Assembly: GCF_009914755.1 (NCBI RefSeq) | Contig: NC_060927.1 | Direction: 5' to 3' (one strand) | DNA length: 64,000 bases | Origin: the human T2T-CHM13v2.0 reference genome, Homo sapiens | Shown: positions 27,081 through 39,563 of the stretch, piece after piece | Numbering within the stretch: position 1 is the stretch's first letter | Layout of the letters: every line of letters begins with the position of its first letter | The notes under the pieces: generated by a model | What the model was told of the DNA's origin: nothing | Seen by the model: the letters and a program-made list of their open reading frames with translations, nothing else | The model's database searches: none | Made by a program: the position numbers and the translations under genes

Positions 27081-29468
27081 CTAAGTGTGCTTATCTCTTT
27101 ATAGGAATTGCCTAACTACCGTACAGTGCAGAAGGTACTATTATTAGCCCAATTTACAGGTGAGGAAACTGAAGACAGAGAATGGAAGAGCTAACGTTTG
27201 AATCTAGGACTGTCTGACTCTGCCCAAGCTCATAATGACTATGCTACATCAATTAGTATTATTTTCTGTCTCCCATGCCTTCCCCATGATGTTCGTCTTT
27301 CTTTTCTCCTAAATTCATGCATTCCTTTAACAAACCTTTATTAACAACCTAATATAATACATGCTAGTCAGAGGGCTAAATACACATTTCTGTTTTCTCC
27401 ATTTCACTCATTGGCACTAAGTTACCTCCCATCTCCTACAACCAGGTGTAAAAATTCAGGTGTCAGCCCTGAACCTGCCATGTGTGGGCTGAGGCAAATC
27501 TTCACTGTTTGGACTAATATGGCCTTAGGCCAGAAAGATGCACTTGTAGGCTCTACTCTGAGACTTGATAAGTCATCCTTGCCATGAGTGTGGCTCTAGC
27601 CATGTGTCCACTCTGATATTCAGCTCAGTTCATTAGAGAAGCCAGTGCTGATCACTGGCCTCTGCCTTGTTCCCTTTACCTGAGTCTATCTTGAATATAC
27701 TCAATATCCAGTTCCTCTAGAACCAGAATGCCACTTCGCTTTTGTCAGTCCCCATCCATGGAAGCTTTTCGTCATTAGAATATGCATTCCATGAAGGCAG
27801 AGATCTGCATCTGTTTGTGGAAGTATCCCAAGCTCCCAGCACAGTGCTGGTACACAGTAGCCCCTCAATGCTTGTGGGTTGAACAGACCGAGGTCCTTCA
27901 GCTGAATCCCAGGCTGGCTGATGGCCAGGCTGCTTCTCACTAGACTTCCTCCCTCTTTTCTCAGTCTTAAGACATCTAAGCAGACTTCTTGGGAAACTCC
28001 ACAAGCTCTCTGGATGTCCTGATGCCAAGTGCTACCAGAATCCGGTCTGTTGCTGTAATTTTCAGATTGTGTGCCTTGGCTGCCAGACGAGGCCTTCTGG
28101 CAGCACCTGCAAGGTGTGTTTGTTGGCATACACCAGCTCATGGGCCGGTTTCCAGCCCCTCCCAGTCTGCCTCTGCCTTATTAGGCTGTGTTAATTGGTT
28201 TGAGCCTAGTTATATCTAGAAATAGTGTCCATATAATTATATACACAAATTATGAAAAATTCATAGAGATTTATGTTCAAAGATATAACAGCAAGAAATT
28301 GGAATGCATAATAAAACTGTCATGTAAAGGACAGTAGATACATACAATCTACTTCGATTCTACCATTAAAATATTATAAAGAATATTTGATGACATGAAA
28401 AAAATGCTAATATTTTTAAAGTTACAATACTTTACATGAAGTATGATCCTAACCATGGGAAAATGTATTTTTAACAAAAAGGCCAGCAATAGTCTCTAGG
28501 CAGTTGGACTATGAGTGATTAAGGATTTTCATTTTCATTTTTCTACATATTTCTACATTTCCACAATAAGCATTCATTACTTTTGTAATGTAAATAAAAT
28601 GAGTGTAGTATTGTAAACCAGTTCTAAAGCAGATATGACAATCCCTTGACAATACTTAGCCCAAACATCTCAGCCATTGAGATCTGAATTACTAACCTGT
28701 GATTATCAGTAAACCGAATACATAAACAGGATGAGTGCAGTTTGAATTTTAATTTACTCCCATTTCAAGTTAGTGAACAAATCTACAGACTGAAGTAGGG
28801 TACTGCCTGATCCCATGGCACACAACTCAAGTCTTCTGAAGTGCCCTGCATCGTGCCTTGTTGATTATACTTACTCGTGGACTTTACTCCTTTCTCCCAC
28901 AAGGCTACCTATCAGCTAGCTTTCTAAGGATATTCTTTTAGTGCCTAACACAGAACTCTGTGTTTAACTGGTGTACCACAAATGCCTATGGAGCAAGTTA
29001 ATTTTTGAAGTGTACCGAATTGATTTCAAAGCAGTCAGCTTCTTCCAAAGTTGTCCTGGAAAACAGAAAAACAAGAAAACAGGCAGTCCAATTGAAACAA
29101 TCTCTCAAACTCTTCTGTGGTCCAAAAGTCACTCCTCTGTCTGTTTCAACACAATGACCTGAGGACTCTTGGTATTTGGGAGGGAAAAAAAAAAAGCCTA
29201 CAAATTTGGAAATAAGTAAGCTGTTCTCCTCCAAGAACAAAATTCTGAAAGGATGGAAGAAGAGAGCTATTGGAGAGGTAGCTAGGGGTTACTGATTTTA
29301 ATATTCATTGGAAAATATATAACAGACTACAAAACCATGAGCTTATGGCTATTAATGCAGTTGTAAATGGGACAAAAAGAGTCAATTTAAATAAATCTAT
29401 TTTGTTAGTATAGTACAAGTACCTGTATCAAATCCACTACAATGTACACTTAAGAATCACATATTTTG

Positions 29469-29812
<344 letters not shown>

Positions 29813-30411
29813 TCAGCTTTTTGTTTTTTGTTTTTTAAGTAAGAGAATAATAGTACAAGTGCTGTGCAGATGTGGCAGAAAGCCCAAGGCATTATGCGGA
29901 AACAAAAGCCCAAAAAATAACGTGATCATTTTACAAACATTCACTAAACACATACCCTGTATCAGGCACTGGTCTACGCAGTGGTAGTAGCCTAGTCTTT
30001 ATCCTTATGGCAGTTACAGTCTAATAGGAGAGAGGCTTAACTCAAAAATAATCCATACGTTCATTCCAGCTCACCAAGCACTGTTGAATCCACCATCTTA
30101 TTTGATCCCAACAGAGATCTCCTGAAGTTGGCAGAGCTATTGCTAGAAGTTTGCAAAAATGGACCCAGTGTACAGCAAGCCCTATACCCCATCCCAAAGT
30201 AATATTCCTTCATATCCATGTATTTTCAAGATGTTTTACATTTTTATTATGAAGAAAACCAACCATCTTGGTTTAAAGTAACTTTGTTAATGTTTTGCTG
30301 TGGAACAACATATAATAATTTAAATATAACCAAAAGATCCATTGAGTTTGGCCTCTTTATGTTACTCATATAAATTACGAAGACTAGATCTGAAACTATA
30401 AAGCTTTTAAA

Positions 30412-30594
30412 GCTGTCAAACTTTAGTGTGCATGGGAATTACCTGGAGGGTTTGTTACCCACAAACAGCTGGGTCCCAATCCCACAGTCTCCAATTCTTC
30501 AGGTCTAAAGTGGGACCAGATAATTTGTATATCTAACAAGTTCCCAGCAGATGCTGATGTTGGTGGTCCCAGGAACATATTTTGAGAACCACTG
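30412..30594. mobile_element. MER5A
   Basis: aattacctggagggtttgtt...ctaacaagttcccagcagatgctgatg...tttgagaaccactg. Confidence 0.78.
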
Positions 30595-30719
30595 GTCTAG
30601 ATTAAATTGTGAAACAACCTGAGTCTCAGTGGCTCAACAGAGTTTTGTTTACTCAGTAGGAATACGTGTTCTCCACAGGCTGGCAGAAAGGCTTTGCTTG
30701 TTGCAATCACTCAGAAATC

Positions 30720-31640
30720 ATCACTCTCAAGCACCTTATGGTACCAGAAAATGAGGATTCCTTTCAAAAAACAAAAAAACAAAAAAAGAGGGAGGTGTCT
30801 CTGTGGCAAAGGGGCACAGCAGACAACTGAGAGTTTCCAATGGCCAAAGCTGGAAAAATTTGAGCAACAAAATACATAAGGTTGTATTAGAATATAACCC
30901 AATGTACAAAATAAAATACACATGAATCTATATTGATATGAATAAATGAATGAATAAATGGGGCAGAAAAGACAAATCTCCTATGCAGAAGAATTCAAAT
31001 AATGTATGCAGTTACTCTATCCTTGATATGGTTTGGCTGTGTCCCCACCCAAATCTCATATTGAATTGTAGCTCCCTAATCCCCTCATGTCATGGGGGAC
31101 CCAGTGGGAGGTAACTGAATCATGGGTGTTGGTTTTTCCCATGCTGTTCTTGTAATAGTGAGTAAGTCTCATGAGATCTGATGGTTTTATAAAGGACAGT
31201 TCCCCTGCACCTGCTCTCTTGCCTGCCACCATGTAAGACATGCCTTTGCTCCTCCTTTGCCTTCCACCATAATAATGAGGCCCTCCCCAGCCACATGGAA
31301 GTGTGAGTCGATTAAACCTCTTTTTCTTTATAAGTTACCCATCTTGGATATATCTTCATAGCAATGTTGAAATGGACTAATACAACCCTCAAGTAGAGTC
31401 TAACTCCCCACTTCTTAGCTGTGGGCTGCACATAGGGACCTGCCAAAGAATACAGCATGGAGAGGGGTGAGCCGTTTACAGTAGAGAAACCTGACAGTCA
31501 CTGCTGCATCAGCCTCAACAGGGATAACTCATTTTGATAGTATGTTACTTCAATATGATGTAATGAAAATGAGACTAAACTAGTGAAATCCCAATAAAAT
31601 GAGACTAAACTAGAGAAATCTCAATAAAGCATCAATCTTA
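30720..31640 (+). mobile_element. Ancient L1 3' region (L1MC/MD-like), split by a THE1 LTR
   Basis: caatggccaaagctggaaaaatttgagcaacaaaata...gacaaatctcctatgcagaagaattc [THE1] taactccccacttcttagctgtgggctgcacatag...tttacagtagagaaacctgac. Confidence 0.65.
31024..31384 (+). mobile_element. THE1 (MaLR) solo LTR
   Basis: tgatatggtttggctgtgtccccacccaaatctcat...ggactaataca; TSD atcct/accct. Confidence 0.93.
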
Positions 31641-34039
31641 CTTATAATTCCAAAACAAAACACCAAGGCTCCCTGAGCAGCCACCATCTCTCAGGTTGTT
31701 GGTCACCTTCACTGGGGAAAGAGAAGCCTGAAGGATCTGGCACCAGTAATTAAATGTGCCCAGGATGGAGGGAGTACAGAACTATTTGAACAGTATCAAT
31801 GACTGCCACAGCACCTGCTTGCAATTCTTTGAAACAGAACCTTTGTTCACTTATGCTGTTCTGCAGATTCTCTGGAGTCAACCTCTAGGTGAATGGGCAT
31901 TGAGACTAAGCCTGCTGCATGGTTTCCAGGCAGAGATTATTTATACCACATCTCATATTTTCCTGCCTCTCAAAGTGCCTCTAGAGTTATATATCCTAAT
32001 GGAGAATTCTAGTCTTTCTTCTCCAATGATTCTTTTGATTTATCTCCAAATCAATGTATCATCACAACCAAGTAGGTTATTATTAAAGAGGTGTTTGGTG
32101 GTTTACCCAAAAGGCATAAATGAGTTTAGATGCCTCACTCACTTGTTTCAGTAAAACAAAAGGGGGAGTTCCTTCCTCATATGACTCTGCTCAACCAATT
32201 TACAAACCAAGCCTTCGACAGTCTAGTCTGAGCAGAAATCAACATTTCAAACTGAATGTGTTTCCTCCCTCCTTCCCATTGCTCAACTTAGTTCTTAAAT
32301 TCTGTCTCTTCCTAGAAAGTTTCATTTATTTCTCATCTTTTCTATGCCTCCCCAAAAAAGCAAAAAACCAAATAATTTTCCTTTAAACCCCATCCCATAT
32401 CTTGCCCCTGTTTGCATTTCTCTTTATATGATTGCAGCACAGCTTTAGTATTCATTTTACGTTCACATTTCTGGGAGTTACAAACATCTGACCCTCAGTG
32501 GGCAATTCTGGTTACCTCTTCCCAAAGGACAAGATTTGACCTTGAGATTGCTTGCAAACTCCAAAGCTGTCTCTTTCCATAAACAAATATTCTTTACATT
32601 TTTTATAGGCTATTGAACAACCACAAGAAAGTCTTGCTTCTTTGTAGGGGTTCTGAGGTGATAGTAGGGGTGATGGTAGTAGCAGTGGGGTGTGTGTGTT
32701 TTCATTTTCCTTTTTCTCCTAATGCAGTGTTTTTATGGGACAGATATGTTATGGTCATTCAAATTTGGAAAGCTGTATTAATATCACACAAGAAAGGTAC
32801 TGATGACCTTATTTCCGCTAAGTATTAGGTGACCGGACCTTCCTATTTTGCACAGCTCAGAATTGTGAAAGTGACAGGCTAAGTTCTATAAACATTGCTC
32901 CAAAATATAATCACACCAAGATGGAACAGTGTTTAACCCACTAAGTGTACTTTTCTTAAATTACCTCTTTTTACAACATTACGAAATTCTCGTTTTTCTT
33001 AACTGACTCCTCCTGCTTGAAACGATCCCCATTTAATTACAACAAATTCACTAAGATGGCTTTGAATTTTTAGCCTTGCCAAAATTATAGATCCTATTTT
33101 CTGGAGTGAGAATATTTAACTCTCTTTATATTTGCAACACAGTTCTCATAAGGACTAAATGATTTAGGAGCTGCCGAGATTAATAACTCATTTGTATATA
33201 TATATCATCTACTTTGGCCCAGGCTCCAACACTATCAACACTTACCCTAAATTGATGTTCCCTATCCTTTATAAGAGATAATGAATTCGTCTCATGGCCT
33301 AGAGCACACAGTGACATCTATGGTCTCAACTGATGTGAATCAACCCTCTCAGGGTTGGGAATATGTCTTAATTGTATACTTGTTCTTCAACACAACTACT
33401 GCTTCCATTTGATTTCTTCCCCCTTTTACTTACTGAAATGATTTTCATTCTTACCTCACTCATCAACTTGTCAATTAGAGAACAGGAGCTATTTCCTTTT
33501 TTGTTTGGGATTCTGGCTGCAGCCCAGGCACCATTTTCCAAGTAATTAATGAGCCCTGCAATGTCCTGGCTTGTGACCACCAGTCTCTTCCTTTGTTATA
33601 TTACATCTTGCCTGGAGAAGGACTCAATGCAAGAGCAGGCAATAGGCTGCCACTTGACAAAGAGCAAGCTGTTATTTTTAGGTGAAAACACCGAGTTTTT
33701 TTTTTTTCTTTACTTTTGCCACATGACAACATAGGTGTTGGTAGTTAAATCTTAGGCTCACAAAGAAAGCCCTAGAAGCAGAAGTATCTATGGTTATGGA
33801 TTTCTAATAGACTGTCAAGAGCTGCAATGGAGCATACAATCATAGGGTGGGAACTCGACCTTCACCCTCACCCTCAAGCCTAGGCTATTTGCACCACATC
33901 AGCATATGAGAGAAAAAACACCAGGGAACTCAGTTTTTGGTGAAGGGCAAGAAGAGGTCAAAAGGTGAAAATGGACTTTTTTTCCCCTTCCTTATTCCTT
34001 AGTTGCAAGGGGATAAAATAGTAAGCTTTTCTTCATTAT

Positions 34040-35460
34040 GATCATTCATGCATTCAAAAAATATGCTTTTAGTATCATCTAGTTGTTTTAACATTGTTTT
34101 AGGTGCTAAGGATGGAGTACTCAACAAAAACAGAATCCTTATTTATCTACAAGGCACAGTCTAGTGAAAAGAGACTGAAGTGAACAAATGAATGAATGAA
34201 TGATGAATGGATGGATGGATGGTAGATGGTGATGAATGCTACGGGAAAAAAATTAAACATGGTAAGGGGAACAGGGAATGGAGAGGGTGGGGTGTTATTT
34301 TCTATAAGGTGGTCAGGGAAGGCCTCTCTAATAAAATGACATTTGAGTAGAGACCTGGAGAAAGTGAAGGAACAAGCAACAGAGGTGTCTGGAGAAGAGG
34401 ATCACAGGCAGATGAAACAGCAGGAAGAAGGGCACTGCAGTCAGACTCTGCTTGGCGTGGTTGATCATTAATTACTCTAAAAGCTTAACAATCTATGCAG
34501 AATTGAGTCACTGTAGATAAATGCCTTCAAGTCTCTACACTGATTTTATGATTTTTGAAGAAAAATCACTGAAGCTGTATTATGTAACCTTGTGCCCTAT
34601 TAAAGATATGGTCCATAATTAAACATTTTCTGATGACTTGGATATGTAAGTATGATTCCTTATTTATTCATATACACCTTGCGCATGTCATCCTTGCACT
34701 GCACTCTACTTATTCTTTAAATTATTGAGCAGCCAGTCTTTGGTAGGTCTGTGCTAGTTACTGGGAATACTGTGGTAAGCAAAGTAGACAAGTCTCTGGC
34801 CTCATGGAGCTTATAGTCTGATAAATATATTATTCAACCAATGTGTATCACTATAATCTGAGTTTAGCACCCCACCAGAATGTGCCGGGGGTATGAAAGC
34901 CCAAACGGGGCCTGGGATCTTCTGGAGGATGAAGAACAGTTTTGTGAGAAAGTGACATGGAGTTAATAACAGGAGAAGAACATTCCAGGAAGCAGGAATG
35001 TGCAAAGGTCTTGAGGCAGGAGGAAGCAAATTAGGTTTTCTGTGTAAAGAGAAAGCAGTATGTCTGGATCCCAGAGAGTGAGAAAGAACAGCACTAAGAA
35101 GAAGGTTGTGTTCAGATCATCCTGGGCCTTGTAGGCTAAGTTTACTCTTGATCACATGGGAAATCATTCAAAAGGTTTTAAACAGGAGAGAGACATGATC
35201 AAATAAGCATTTTAATATGACTTTACTGGCTGCACAGTAGGAATGTAGGGGCTGCAAGGATAACATCAAGGGACAGTCCTGCAGGCGTTCATATGAGAGA
35301 TGTGCAATGCCTGTGCTAGGACAGTGGTGGCAGAGACAGAAAACAGAAGAGAGAAATCAGGAACCATTTAGGAAATAGGATCAGCTGGGCTTGGTGATGA
35401 AATTCAGGAGATGATGTCATGGGTGACTCCTAGTTGGTTCTTGGAGTTGTGATAATGCCC
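34040..35460 (+). mobile_element. LINE-2 fragments (at least two pieces), including a (GAAT/GGAT)n tract near 34185-34235
   Basis: ggtggtcagggaaggcctctct...gacatttgagtagagacctgga; aggaatgtgcaaaggtcttgaggcaggag; ggttttaaacaggagagagacatgatc. Strand not firmly assigned. Confidence 0.65.
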
Positions 35461-35653
35461 TTCACTCACTGGTTCATTTGCTGAAAAAAAAAAAAAAAGA
35501 AAACAAAAATGACAAAACCCTAGCTCAGGCACCAAACACATAGAGCACACTCTCTTCTCTTTGACAGCCAAGCTAGTTCTAAGTAGCATCTAGATGCCTG
35601 GTATACAAGTCCTAAGTGCCTGCAGAGCTGGCCCTCAGCTGAGAAGTGCCTAT

Positions 35654-35681
35654 CACACACACACACACACACACACACACA
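35654..35681 (+). repeat. (CA)14 microsatellite, read as (UG)14 in TNIK pre-mRNA
   Basis: Perfect dinucleotide run. Confidence 0.95.
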
Positions 35682-36719
35682 AGTAAAGAGAAGCCAACAG
35701 GCTACATTAGATTCAGGATAAATGAGCTAGCCCAAATGACTTCTTCTATTTCAACTCCACTATCATTGCATTTAACTGGTCACACCTACAAAGCAATCAG
35801 CAAACTGGGTGACTCATTAGGATTTTCTTTTCAAGAGAGCAAAGAACCTAAATAAAGATCCTTGAATTTAGCGTACAATACCCAGGAGTCATCGGAGCAG
35901 CAGCAATTTGGGGGAACTTCAAGTGTGGTATTTCGGTTTGAGTGGGGAAGTTAGAAATCAGCACTGATCTCACAAACAAAAAGCTTTTATAATAGCCTGT
36001 CCTAGATAAGAGAGTAATGAGAGGACAAAAGGGGAAAGCCATCCCCCTCTTAATACCAAGGAAACCTAGGGAAGTGACTTCTTAAAAAGGAGGTAAAAGC
36101 AGCAGTTTTAGTCACTCATCAAGAGTGACTGTTCTTCCTCTTTGCTAGAAATAGCTAAGAGAGTGTAAATCACTCACTAGGCTCTAAGAAAAGAAGACTT
36201 ACAAATGAGCTTGAAACCAAATAGTGCTGTGTAGATTCTTCTACCATCTTCTAAAGAATCTGCATGGACTTACTTATTCACTGTTAAGGTTGTCTGTGCA
36301 TGGTAGCCACAGTGCTAGGATGATATCTATAGTTTGTTTTTGACAACAAGTAAATCCATTATAAACCCAATTTCTTCTCTTGAGCACAAGTTTAAAAGGA
36401 AAAAAAGAAAAGCTTTTCTACTTTAACATGCCTCATGCCTGTGCTTCCAAACCAGAGCACAAGTACTCCCTGGGGCACTCAGCTCTATGCCAAGTATTAC
36501 AGCAGCAGGAAACCATAGATTTTGTTTAAGTCAACCTTTCTATAGTAATTTCATTAACATAATTTTAAACTGACGCAACAATGATTATCATGTGGCATAA
36601 AGAGAATCCATCTAAATTTTAAGGATATAACAGAAGATTCCAAATACATTTCATTTTTGTGGTTTCCACACCACCACCGAGTGAAGCCTTTAGATCTCTT
36701 GAAGAGGATGGGGTGGTTA

Positions 36720-36992
36720 CAGGCCAACGAACGTATCCATTAGATGCAGACAGCACAGGACCTAGAGCCTACAGTACTTTTTGCAGTCAACAAAAAATTA
36801 TTCTTATTTTAAAATTAGAAGATAAAAACTAATTCTTAGGCCAAAGAAAATGTTTTAACATATAATATTTGTCTTACACCAATGAGGTTATAAAGCCTAA
36901 TTTTTAACTTTTTGTTGTTTTATTTTTCTTGGAGAAAGGGGCCCACGGAGGCAAAAATGGGGAGGGCCTACAACAGTCATACTACAGCACCG
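36720..36992. mobile_element. hAT-Tip100 non-autonomous element, ORSL-like
   Basis: tatccattag...taggccaaagaaaatgttttaacatataatatt...aaggggcccacggaggcaaaa resembles the ORSL consensus as I recall it. Confidence 0.55.
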
Positions 36993-38856
36993 GGTAGTGC
37001 TTTCATTTGTGTTTGAGTCCCTCTCCTCTGCTATGCTGGTAAGCCTCAAACACAAATGAAAGTGTTATTTCTTAAAGTATAGTGGTCCAAATACCAACAT
37101 GATTTAGTGAGACAAGGGCAAATATTTTAATTTAAAAAGTATGTACTATATTTTTAAATATAGCTGAAAATATTGAGTTTCTCATTTACGGTAGCAACGA
37201 ATTTTCTTTTTGAAAAATTTAAGTAAATAAAATACTTTAATGAAAAATATTAAGCAAAAAGACTGCAAGTTCTAGGATGAACTTGGAAAAAAAAAAAGAG
37301 GTTGGTATTGCTGAATGGCTGAAAACTAGTGATATCCTAGAATCCTAGAAATACTAGGATTCAGACTCTCAGCTATAACACCCAAAAAAGTTTCCATATA
37401 GATCATCAACTACCTTCATCTCTCAAGAAAAACAGTAAAACATGACCAGAACTTCCACCACCAATCTACTGGGAAAATTAGAAATTTTGGATAGTGGTCT
37501 GAGTGCTTATTTATATTTTAAATCACATATCATATTTTTCAGAATTAGTGGTTCACACTGGCAAGAGAGCAAGAAATATTTGTTGGTTGGTACAAAGCAC
37601 CTCCTTTTACTAGCCCATGAAACAATCCTACAATAACTCTTGTATTGTACAAAGAGAGGCAGATGATTGATAAAGATTCCCACAAGAATAAGACATTCAC
37701 AGAAAAATGAGATCAGCCACTGCAGTCCTACCAGCTGGGATAATTTTACAAGGGTCAGACAGCTCCAGGGCATAAACTAATCACTTCAGGGTGAGGAAGA
37801 AGCTGACTCCTGATTCCCAAGAGGCAGTGTCACACAATTAGATTGTTTATTCTAGCTCAACACAAATTTGACACATTTCCCCAAAACTGCCTGTCTAGGG
37901 TCCTGTCAAAACAGGATGATGGAAAGTCAGAATAATGTTTTAGCCCAGTATTTCCAACATTCCTGTAATCCATTCCATTTCAGTCATGTTTTGATGTAAA
38001 GGATATTTTCCCCACTAATATTTGAAAGCTATCCATTCTTGCGTATTCTAGTTACACCGAGCATACATTCATTGTGGAATAAGCAGCAGCCAATGGTATC
38101 CAGGATCTTCTAAAAGTAGTATTCGAGGGCTTTTTTTGTATGTCTTAAAATTGTTAAATCTGAGTGAATGAACTTATCTACTCCCAAAGCAAGATCTTAA
38201 GTTGTTTTTAGTGGCCAATGAAATCTTTCCCAGGGAGCTAGAAGATGGGCTACCCAAAGGAAAATATTCTATATATTTTTCAATGAACATATAGAAGAAT
38301 TACAGAACAAACAAGACATAAAATACAACATTATACCAATGTTTTTGAGGAGGGTGAATGAGATTCTTAATTAGTTCTTTTGCCTCTGCCAATATTGTCT
38401 ATACCATTGTCCTTACACAATATTTACACAAAATATTGCAGCTAATAAGCAGAATCAAAATTTGAACTCAGATCTGCTTAGATCCAAACCTATGGTCTTA
38501 ACCTCTGTATTTGTTCCAGAACAGTTCCTGGAACAAAGCTGGTAGCCAAGAACAAACCTGGTAGCCAATCCGTATTTGTTGAATCTGAATCTAGATTAGG
38601 AACCAGGCTGTTTGATCCAGGATTCTGAGGTGTTTCTAGAGCTCTTTACAACTAATCTCAACACCCAGAATGAAAAAGCTCTCTATGACATTTGAAGATA
38701 TTAGATGACTACATCTGATAATGCCACATTCAAATATTTTCTGTTAATTCTTCTCCCTGTTGAAATCCAATTAGCATGAGGAAAATTAACTACTGCAATT
38801 AAGAGGAAGAGGAAGTGAAAGATTTCCATATAAGAAGTTTAAAGCTCTGTTGCTAA

Positions 38857-38880
38857 AAAAAAAAAAAAAAAAAAAAAAAA
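38857..38880 (+). repeat. poly(A) run (about 25 nt)
   Basis: Pure A run without an adjacent SINE body. Confidence 0.9.
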
Positions 38881-38939
38881 TGCCCAAAGAAACTCAATCC
38901 TGTAACTGAATTTCAGATAACAGAGTATACTGCATACAT

Positions 38940-39180
38940 AAAAACTAACTTTTTTGAGTACTCACTGTATACCTAAAATTCTTCTAAATGCCATTTCATG
39001 TATTATCTCATTTAATCCTTATGAGCTAGGTACTATTATTCCTAAATTTCAGAAGAGAAAACCAAAGCACAAAGAGGTTAAGCAATGAAGCCTAGGTCTA
39101 CCAATAAGTGGTAGAGCCAAGATTCTGGTCCCAAGGGATACAACCCCAAACTTTATGCTTTTAACCTGCTGCTTCCCATA
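38940..39180 (-). mobile_element. MIR SINE
   Basis: tattatctcatttaatcctt...gaaaaccaaagcacaaagaggttaagcaa...taagtggtagagcc. Confidence 0.7.
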
Positions 39181-39231
39181 ATAATAACACTTGCTGGACA
39201 CTTTAATCTGTCTCATATATTCTTTTTTCTT

Positions 39232-39452
39232 AACCTCCACTTCCTGGGTTCAAGCTATTCGCGTGCCTCAGCCTCCCAAGTAGCTGGGACTACAGGCACG
39301 TGCCTGTACACCTGGCTAATTTTTGTATTTTTAGTAGAGATGACGTTTCACTATGTTGCTCAGGCTGGTCTCGAACTCCTGAGCTCAGGCAATTCACCCA
39401 CCTCGGCCTCCCAAAGCGCTAGGATTACAGGCCTGAGCCACCATGGCTGGGC
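39232..39452 (-). mobile_element. Alu lacking its 3'-most ~60 nt
   Basis: aacctccacttcctgggttcaagc...ggattacaggcctgagccacc. Confidence 0.9.
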
Positions 39453-39512
39453 TGCCCTATGTATTCTTCATGCAAACTATGTTATTTACTTTCCCCAACA
39501 ACCATAGAGAAA

Positions 39513-39525
39513 ATATATATATATA

Positions 39526-39563
<38 letters not shown>
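39513..39563 (+). repeat. Compound (AT)n(TG)14 microsatellite
   Basis: atatatatatatatgtatatgtgtgt...gtgtatg. Confidence 0.95.

Noticed and set aside
27701-28219. Longest ORF (146 aa) and overlapping frames
   Set aside because: No recognisable domain, partly overlaps L2-like sequence, and this length is expected by chance in 64 kb over six frames.
34683-34698. U6 snRNA-like 16-mer on the minus strand (tgcaaggatgacatgc)
   Set aside because: Only 12 exact matches and the flanks do not continue the U6 sequence; too short to call a pseudogene.
37340-37362. Hairpin gaatcctag-aaata-ctaggattc
   Set aside because: A 9-bp stem is within chance expectation for a window this size.
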